The position numbers and the translations under genes are program-made. Of a stretch of 64,000 bases of DNA, positions 58,113 to 64,000 are shown one piece after another. Positions within the stretch are counted from its first letter, which is position 1. Each line of letters begins with the position of its first letter. The notes below the pieces were generated by a model, which worked only from the letters and a program-made list of their open reading frames with translations, did no database searches and was not told the DNA's origin. This DNA comes from Bdellovibrionales bacterium (GTDB taxonomy: Bacteria > Bdellovibrionota > Bdellovibrionia > Bdellovibrionales > UBA1609), in contig JABSOQ010000003.1 of assembly GCA_013216195.1 (NCBI GenBank), positions 38,419-102,418 of the forward strand, given 5' to 3'.

Positions 58113-60728
58113 ATGCACAAAAAATATCAATTAAAAAACGGCCTAAATGTGCTCCAGGTAGAAAGCCACAAGTCTCCGGTAGTATCGGTCCAGATGTGGG
58201 TGAAAACAGGCAGCGCTGACGAAACCAAAGGTGAAGAGGGCATAAGCCATTTCATTGAACACTTGGTGTTCAAGGGCACTAGAAAATTTGAAGTGGGTGA
58301 AATTGCTTCAACAATTGAAGGCTCGGGTGGTCAGCTCAATGCCTACACCTCATTTGATGAGACCGTTTTTTATGTAACTATGTCTAAAAACTTCTTAGAG
58401 GTCGGCCTCGAGGCTATCGCTGAGATGATGGGTTTTCCAAGGTTTGACTCAGATGAAATCGACAATGAACGTGAAGTTGTGATTGAAGAGATTAAGCGAG
58501 GCCTAGACAACCCTCACAGACAGGCCTCAAGACAGTTGTTTTCGACGGTCTACAAGAAGCACCCTTATCGTTTGCCCGTGATCGGTTACGCCGACAACAT
58601 CAAAGAGGTTTCAAGAGAAACACTCGTGAACTACTACCAAAGCCGCTATGTGCCCAAAAACATGACTTTGTTGGTAGTCGGTGATTTTGAAAATAAGGAG
58701 CTAAAACCATTGGTTGAAAAGTGGTTTGGCGACTTCGAACCTTATCAATTGAACAAAGTGAAACGAAACAAAGAGCCCAAACAAGAAAAGTCGAGAATTC
58801 AGGTTCAATCGACAAGCTTTCAAGAGTGTCTGTTCTATATTGCTTGGCCGGTGCCTTCAGCTCAACACAAAGACATACCGGCACTTGATGTGATGTCACT
58901 GATTCTTGGTCAAGGCTCGAGCTCAAGGCTGACTAGAAGCCTGAAGATAGAAAAGGGTTTAGTGAACTACATAGGGGCTTCAAGCTTTACTCCAAAAGAC
59001 AAAGGTTTTGCAGCCGTATCTATGTCTATGAACCCTGACAAGCTGCCCGAGGTGCTTGATGCTTTGTTAGATGAGATGGAAGACTTTCTAACTACTCTGC
59101 CGTCTGAAAAAGAACTTGAAAAGGCGGTGGTAAATTTCAACAGTGACGAACTCTACACTATGGAGACCGTTGACGGTATGGCCAACAAGCTTGGTATGTA
59201 CCAGAATTTGTTCGATGATCCGAAATACTACAAGACTTTTATTAAGCAGGTTAACGAGGTCTCGGCGAAAGATGTTAGAAAGATCGCCAAGAAATATTTA
59301 AAGCCAGATGCTATGTCGTTAGTATTGATGACTCCCGGTGATGAAGCCGAGGGCAAAAAGCTACTTCAAAAATTTAAACGTTCTTACAACAAAATGTTTG
59401 AAGGAGCGAAGTTACAAAAACAAGAAACTGAAAAATTCAAAAAGCGCAAAGTGAAGTGGACCGGTTTGTCTGCCAAAAAGTACGAGAGCCATCAAGACAA
59501 AATAGAGACTCTCGATCTGCCTGGCGGTGGAAAAGCTTTTCTCAGGCCAAATCTTTCAACTCAAGTTTTGTCTGTGAGAATGGGTCTTCTTGGCGGGCTC
59601 CGTGCAGAAGAAAGGGCCCACGGGGGAGTGACTGAATTGCTCTCGCGTACATGGGGCCGAGCAACTGCGCAGCGAGATGAGCATAGCATTAGTGACTTTA
59701 TTGATTTCAATGCGGCTTCACTTTCGGCTTTCGGTGGCAGAAACACTGCAGGCCTTTCTATGACCTGCTTGCACCCCTTTGCAAAAGATATGTCTGATCT
59801 TATGGCCGAAGTGGTACTTCAACCTGAGTTTGCTGATAGCACCGTCGAGAGAGAGAAGAACCAGATGAGAGAGTATCTTCGCATGCGAGAAGACAACCCT
59901 GCTCAACTGGCAATTAAAGAGTTCAATCAAAACCTTTTTCGTGGGCACCCTTACTCTGTCGATATGCATGGTACTGAAGAGAGTATAGACGGCCTGTCTC
60001 CGGAAGCCTTGAGAGCACATTTGGCGACGTCGCTAAAACAAGGTAATGCTCAATTTGCTGTAACTGGCCACTTCGATATTGATGAGTGGAAAGAAAGATT
60101 GCACAACTTGAGCTCTGAAATCGCAGAAGGTGAAAAATTTGAAAGCAAGTTTCAGGTTGAACCTCTCATGGACGACATTAAAAAGTTTCAAGAGATTCAA
60201 AAAGAGCAGAGTCATATCGTTTACGGCTTTCCAGGGCTGACCTTTACCAGCAAAGAGCGATTTACTCTTCAGATTATTCAGTCAATTTTGGCAGGCCAGG
60301 GCGGCCGCTTGTTCTTAGAGCTTAGAGACAAAGCTTCTCTGGCCTACACGGTTGCTCCACTTCGAATGGAGGGCATTGATGCAGGTTACTTCGGCGCCTA
60401 CATTGGCTGTTCGCCAGAAAAAGGTGAGCAGGCTATCTCGATGATGAAGATCGAGTTTGAGAAACTAATGAACGAAGCTGTTAGTAAAGATGAGCTTGAT
60501 CGGTCTAAGCGCTACCTTATTGGCCGACATGATATTGATCTTCAGAAGACCTCTTCGGTTTCTGCGGCGATTTTGTTTGATAGCATCTATGGGTTGCCAG
60601 CAGATGAAGCTTTTCAGTTCCCTGATAAAATCAATGCAGTGACTCCACAAGGGGTTCAAGATCTGGCTCAGAAAATATTCGCGCAAAAGGCAGTAATAAG
60701 TGCCGTTGGTCCGAAGCAACCTTGGTAA
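58113..60728 (+). CDS. M16-family zinc metallopeptidase (two fused pitrilysin/insulinase-like halves)
   Basis: 871 aa. An inverted zinc motif HFIEH (HxxEH) lies in the first half. The second half is M16-like but has no intact motif. Confidence 0.85.
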   Translation: MHKKYQLKNGLNVLQVESHKSPVVSVQMWVKTGSADETKGEEGISHFIEHLVFKGTRKFEVGEIASTIEGSGGQLNAYTSFDETVFYVTMSKNFLEVGLEAIAEMMGFPRFDSDEIDNEREVVIEEIKRGLDNPHRQASRQLFSTVYKKHPYRLPVIGYADNIKEVSRETLVNYYQSRYVPKNMTLLVVGDFENKELKPLVEKWFGDFEPYQLNKVKRNKEPKQEKSRIQVQSTSFQECLFYIAWPVPSAQHKDIPALDVMSLILGQGSSSRLTRSLKIEKGLVNYIGASSFTPKDKGFAAVSMSMNPDKLPEVLDALLDEMEDFLTTLPSEKELEKAVVNFNSDELYTMETVDGMANKLGMYQNLFDDPKYYKTFIKQVNEVSAKDVRKIAKKYLKPDAMSLVLMTPGDEAEGKKLLQKFKRSYNKMFEGAKLQKQETEKFKKRKVKWTGLSAKKYESHQDKIETLDLPGGGKAFLRPNLSTQVLSVRMGLLGGLRAEERAHGGVTELLSRTWGRATAQRDEHSISDFIDFNAASLSAFGGRNTAGLSMTCLHPFAKDMSDLMAEVVLQPEFADSTVEREKNQMREYLRMREDNPAQLAIKEFNQNLFRGHPYSVDMHGTEESIDGLSPEALRAHLATSLKQGNAQFAVTGHFDIDEWKERLHNLSSEIAEGEKFESKFQVEPLMDDIKKFQEIQKEQSHIVYGFPGLTFTSKERFTLQIIQSILAGQGGRLFLELRDKASLAYTVAPLRMEGIDAGYFGAYIGCSPEKGEQAISMMKIEFEKLMNEAVSKDELDRSKRYLIGRHDIDLQKTSSVSAAILFDSIYGLPADEAFQFPDKINAVTPQGVQDLAQKIFAQKAVISAVGPKQPW

Positions 60729-60775
60729 AGAGAGGCTTACTGCTTTAGGGCCTCTCAACCCATGCTTCTAGGCAT

Positions 60776-60807
60776 AAAAAAAGCCCAGCTGATTAGCTGG
60801 GCTTTTT
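60776..60807. terminator. Bidirectional rho-independent terminator between convergent genes
   Basis: AAAAAAAGCCCAGCT, loop gatt, AGCTGGGCTTTTT. It is flanked by an A-run on one side and a T-run on the other. Confidence 0.85.
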
Positions 60808-60828
60808 GAATTCAAAGTCAAATTTCAA

Positions 60829-61050
60829 TCAGTTGCCGTGACCAGGCTTTTGAACTTTGCCAGATCCGCCGCGCTTAAGCTTTCTCTCAGCTTCTTTAGC
60901 CTTCAACTCAGCACACTTGGCAGGGTTGCCAAAAATAGAGCACTGAAAGAACTTGCCGTTCATGCTTGGAAAGTCTGCTGGGTTACCAACACCAAAAGCA
61001 AATGCTGAAAAAGAAGTTGTAGCAAGTAGAGTTGCGATAAATAGTTTCAT
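60829..61050 (-). CDS. Small secreted protein (73 aa, 2 Cys, basic C-terminus)
   Basis: Signal peptide MKLFIATLLATTSFSAFA. The mature part contains FFQCSIFGNPAKCAELKAKEAERKLKR. A GGGGGA SD-like sequence lies upstream. Confidence 0.55.
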   Translation of the reverse strand: MKLFIATLLATTSFSAFAFGVGNPADFPSMNGKFFQCSIFGNPAKCAELKAKEAERKLKRGGSGKVQKPGHGN

Positions 61051-61371
61051 ACAATCCCCCGTTATTAGTTGAACAAATCGAGGCTGAGTCTATCAGCTAG
61101 ACCAATCAGAGAAAGTTTTAGGCACAGCGTTATGTGATTTTTGGAAATATGACCCGGCTCGATCATATAGAGGCTTCGCAGCTAGCTCATTTTTTCATTG
61201 ATACAGCCTTCGAAAGTGTCAGTCTTGATACTGTTTACCAGTGGTAAATGCCTGATTTTACCGACACTCATTACCAGTCTCAGAGAGGTAGAGTGCAAAA
61301 GTTCCGGGGCTAAGGCCCATTATTTTAAATTTCTAGGGTTCAAATGTTTAGAAATGTAGATGGAATCGAAT

Positions 61372-62211
61372 TTAGTAATCAATTCCCTCTTCAACCATCA
61401 TGCACTCTTGTGTTCGTTGCGGAATGGCCTCTCCATCTCGGGTGCGAGTCAGCACGGCACTGTCTTTGTGCCAAGCAGGTAAGAGATCGGGCTTCTCTGT
61501 AAAGTGTTCTGGAAAGTAATAGTGTGCGGTCTGAGGGCTGAAAGCATTATTAGCAGGGTTTTGAACTCGAGTGACACTGCTATCGGCCATATTCCAAACC
61601 GACTGGTTTTGAGGACACAAAAAATCGGCAAAATGCCCTTGGCCACCACCCCACGAATTACTTCTGCCATAACTATTGAAGGTTGTTGCAAACTGATCTC
61701 GTTTGAACAAAACAGCGCGTACCGGGTCACTGACACCCTCTCCAGTTCTGCGTTGAATTCTATTTTGAATAACGCTCGCTGAGTAGTAGGCGATTGTTTC
61801 AAACTCCGATGAGCAAGGTTGCCCTGCAGAAATAGTTTCGGTGTAAACCACTCGGCGTTGAAGCTCTTCATTAGAGAGACCAAAGTAATTAAAGACATCA
61901 ATGTAGCCATTGTATTTGTTCGAGTTCTTCTGGTTCGCAAACATGGTCTCGAGAATGTGATCTAAAGCATTTATAGTCGCGCCATTGTGAACAAAGGTCG
62001 TGTCTTCATCAATGCAAAGAAGTCGATCACCTGAGGCAGCCACAACGGGCGACTGCCCAGCTGCTTGTGGTGCAGGGGCAGTGGTCGGATCAGGTCTCTT
62101 TCTTGGTCGAACGCGATCTAGCCGAGTTTCATTAGCAACTGCACAGGCGCAAAAAACAAAAGCAAGGAGGGGCGCCAGAGACAGAGTCATAGATATTCTT
62201 CCCATCGGCAT
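61372..62211 (-). CDS. Secreted protein, possibly SleB/Hydrolase_2-like cell-wall hydrolase
   Basis: A signal peptide is followed by a P/A-rich linker. The segment VVYTETISAGQPC...TIAYYSASVIQNRIQRR...VRAVLFKRDQFATTF resembles the E...A.V..NR...V....QF pattern of SleB-type hydrolases (from memory, unverified). Confidence 0.4.
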   Translation of the reverse strand: MPMGRISMTLSLAPLLAFVFCACAVANETRLDRVRPRKRPDPTTAPAPQAAGQSPVVAASGDRLLCIDEDTTFVHNGATINALDHILETMFANQKNSNKYNGYIDVFNYFGLSNEELQRRVVYTETISAGQPCSSEFETIAYYSASVIQNRIQRRTGEGVSDPVRAVLFKRDQFATTFNSYGRSNSWGGGQGHFADFLCPQNQSVWNMADSSVTRVQNPANNAFSPQTAHYYFPEHFTEKPDLLPAWHKDSAVLTRTRDGEAIPQRTQECMMVEEGIDY

Positions 62212-62269
62212 TCGCTCCTTACTTCGTTTGATTCCAATTAGCCTTGCAGCTAATAGTAAAAATCAAATC

Positions 62270-62488
62270 TTAATTGTACTGGCCAGGGTAAGCTGTGTTT
62301 TCTAGCTCAACAGCAGTTACCTTTTCACCAGCTTCATTTTTCTGAATGCACTTTTGATAAATCTTGAAGTTGTCGTGATAGCACCCAGGGTACTTCTCTA
62401 GCATAGCATCATTGTACTTTGGCTTACCAGCGCATGAGGCAAGCAGACCTAGACTAACGATAGACATTGCAAAAATAGAAAGTTTCAT
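62270..62488 (-). CDS. Small lipoprotein (72 aa, three Cys including the lipobox Cys)
   Basis: The start is placed at the ATG at 62488 (MKLSIFAMSIVSLGLLASCAGK, lipobox LASC), with a GGGAG SD upstream. The ORF-track extension to 62545 is rejected. Confidence 0.6.
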   Translation of the reverse strand: MKLSIFAMSIVSLGLLASCAGKPKYNDAMLEKYPGCYHDNFKIYQKCIQKNEAGEKVTAVELENTAYPGQYN

Positions 62489-62737
62489 TTCAAGCTCCCT
62501 TAGTTGAAGACATGCCATTCTCTCGAAATGAGAACCAACAGGCAAAATAAAATGACCTAATAATTGAAATAATGAGGCTTTGTTTGCAGAGCGAAAAATG
62601 GCTCATTTTGATACAAAATACCTGACCAAGGCCCAAGTTAAGTGCTTAGAAACAGTGCATTTTGAGGAATTTGCTAAAATATAGGCAGAGACTGTCCGTT
62701 AGTCGTAATAGGGACAAAAAGAGAGCTTGGTTTAACA

Positions 62738-63358
62738 ATGAGTGATTCGACGAGTAAAACCCAAAAAACCGAATTTGTGGCCTCAGCTGAAGAGTTCTTT
62801 ACTGAAATGGTAGAGACGGCATTTGAAGACCGTAAGGTCGAAGCTAAACCACTGACCCGGCAATACATCACTCAGCTTCTGCAGTTTTATTTGGTGACCG
62901 AGAACCTATTCGAAGAGGTCACGGAGCGAACCCAGACTATGGCCGAGAAGCTACTCAATGCATTTAATTCTTCTGAGCCCAGGCAAAGAGCCGAAAGTTT
63001 GAAGAGGGTAGGTGACACCGCTCTCTATGTGAGTGGCTTTTTTGGCGACTCATTTAAACGAAAAATCATCGATATTGATTACTATGTCGAAATTGGCGGT
63101 AGTGCCTATGGCAGCTTAGCCTCCACAGACAACTCGAATATCTACTCGCCCGTGTTTCGAGACTTGTCAGCAAGGTTTCCAGAGTATGTAGACGTACTTA
63201 CCTATATGAGCCAGCAATCTCAGCTACAGTCTAACAACGATCTACTTAGACTGTATGATCGCTATGTTATGACCGGCTCAAAGCTAGCTGAAGAGCAACT
63301 AGAAGCCGAGGGAATGTTGAATTCTGACATTCGCCAAGGCAAACACAACAAGCAGTAG
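62738..63358 (+). CDS. Hypothetical cytoplasmic protein (206 aa)
   Basis: Clean ORF with an ATG start. It is predicted helical and has no motif I recognise. Confidence 0.5.
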   Translation: MSDSTSKTQKTEFVASAEEFFTEMVETAFEDRKVEAKPLTRQYITQLLQFYLVTENLFEEVTERTQTMAEKLLNAFNSSEPRQRAESLKRVGDTALYVSGFFGDSFKRKIIDIDYYVEIGGSAYGSLASTDNSNIYSPVFRDLSARFPEYVDVLTYMSQQSQLQSNNDLLRLYDRYVMTGSKLAEEQLEAEGMLNSDIRQGKHNKQ

Positions 63359-63480
63359 CGGCCCTTCCTGGTAAGGCTGTATTCTCTTCACACTTCTTCG
63401 AACTTTAGGCCTGCTGACTAACGTGAAATCAACTGCGTTCTGAATGGACCATGGGGCAACTTTTCTGCTAATCTCTAAAT

Positions 63481-63984
63481 ATGTTCAATATGGGTTTACA
63501 AGAGATGATCGTACTTGGAGCTATAGCGCTCTTAGTGATCGGGCCTAAGCAGCTGCCTGAAGTCGCTCGAGTTGTTGGTCGCATGCTCAATGAGTTCAAA
63601 AGAGCTACTGGAGATCTCACGAGCTCTATTGCAACAGTAAAAAATGAGGCTCAGGGTTTGGCAGATCAAACTCAAAGTTACATGCACAAGCAGCGGGCTG
63701 AGTTTGAAAAGAAAATGCGTGAAGGCTTAGAGCTCGATGAATCTGAAAACGGGCATGCCCAAAATGGTGATGATAACTTCGATGATTTAGACCCAGAGTT
63801 TAGGCCAAGCAGTGACGGCCACAATGATCACGCACATGAAGAAGACTACGGCATAGTCGACGAAAAGAGGCAGCAACAAGCGGGTGTGCATCAGCCAGAG
63901 TCATCTGCTGATCAGGCTAATCACGACCAGAGCAGTAATCAGAGTTCAGACGACAACAGTTCTGATGGCAACAAGGATAGCTAA
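63481..63984 (+). CDS. tatB: Twin-arginine translocase TatA/TatB-family protein (TatB-like length)
   Basis: N-terminus MFNMGLQEMIVLGAIALLVIGPKQLPEVARVVGRMLNEFKRA comprises the TM helix plus amphipathic helix. A ~100-aa acidic, His/Asp/Ser/Gln-rich tail follows. Confidence 0.8.
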   Translation: MFNMGLQEMIVLGAIALLVIGPKQLPEVARVVGRMLNEFKRATGDLTSSIATVKNEAQGLADQTQSYMHKQRAEFEKKMREGLELDESENGHAQNGDDNFDDLDPEFRPSSDGHNDHAHEEDYGIVDEKRQQQAGVHQPESSADQANHDQSSNQSSDDNSSDGNKDS

Positions 63985-64000
63985 GTGACTGAAGTCGATG

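Noticed and set aside
61449-61940. A 163-aa ORF on the same strand as, but in a different frame from, the 61372-62211 gene.
   Set aside because: The 279-aa frame has a signal peptide and a hydrolase-like core. The alternative frame is Thr/Arg/Leu-rich with no features.
63985-64000. A GTG immediately after tatB as a possible tatC start.
   Set aside because: Only 16 nt remain in the window, so it cannot be supported.

Overview
This window is the replication-origin neighbourhood of a bacterial chromosome. It is densely coded, with about 60 genes and no rRNA, tRNA, CRISPR array or recognisable mobile element. All homology calls rest on motif recognition by eye in the supplied translations; no database search was run. 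Gene content and order suggest a Bdellovibrio-like or former deltaproteobacterial lineage, but that is inference only. The supporting traits are a split atp operon with atpF', a bactofilin gene coupled to parAB, sigma54 use, and many secreted lineage-specific proteins.

Layout:
(1) Positions 1-11188, minus strand: dnaA, dnaN, recF, gyrB, gyrA, a TPR lipoprotein, atpZ, atpI, atpB and atpE (truncated by the window edge). The dnaA-dnaN spacer looks like oriC: consensus DnaA boxes, a (TAG)4 DnaA-trio-like array and an AT-rich element.
(2) Positions 11413-27856, plus strand: rpmH, rnpA, yidD, yidC, jag, mnmE, mnmG and rsmG. Next come five near-perfect parS palindromes bracketing a small minus-strand lipoprotein gene. 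These are followed by parA, parB and a bactofilin gene, then atpF'-F-H-A-G-D-C.
(3) Positions 28.2-36.7 kb: a single-domain response regulator, a hybrid histidine kinase, a secreted GH3 NagZ-like enzyme, an acidic putative outer-membrane barrel protein, and mfd.
(4) Positions 37.0-44.4 kb: a complex I cluster containing only nuoA-H-J-K-L-M-N. The nuoB, C, D, E, F, G and I genes are absent.
(5) Positions 44.4-53.1 kb are more accessory-like. They hold a patatin-like lipase, an HTH/coiled-coil protein preceded by a GGTGGTCA repeat array, orphan proteins, lon, and a Cys-less DksA-like gene with a hairpin-rich leader. They also hold a textbook sigma54 promoter driving a secreted protein made of an Ig-like domain plus six tandem ~60-aa two-cysteine modules that I cannot assign to any family. 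That last locus is the strongest novelty candidate.
(6) Positions 53.1-64.0 kb: a TPR plus periplasmic-binding-fold lipoprotein (LpoA-like architecture), a CbpA-like J-protein, grpE and hemW, with no dnaK or hrcA. These are followed by an M16 peptidase, a cluster of small secreted Cys proteins with a SleB-like hydrolase, a hypothetical protein and tatB.
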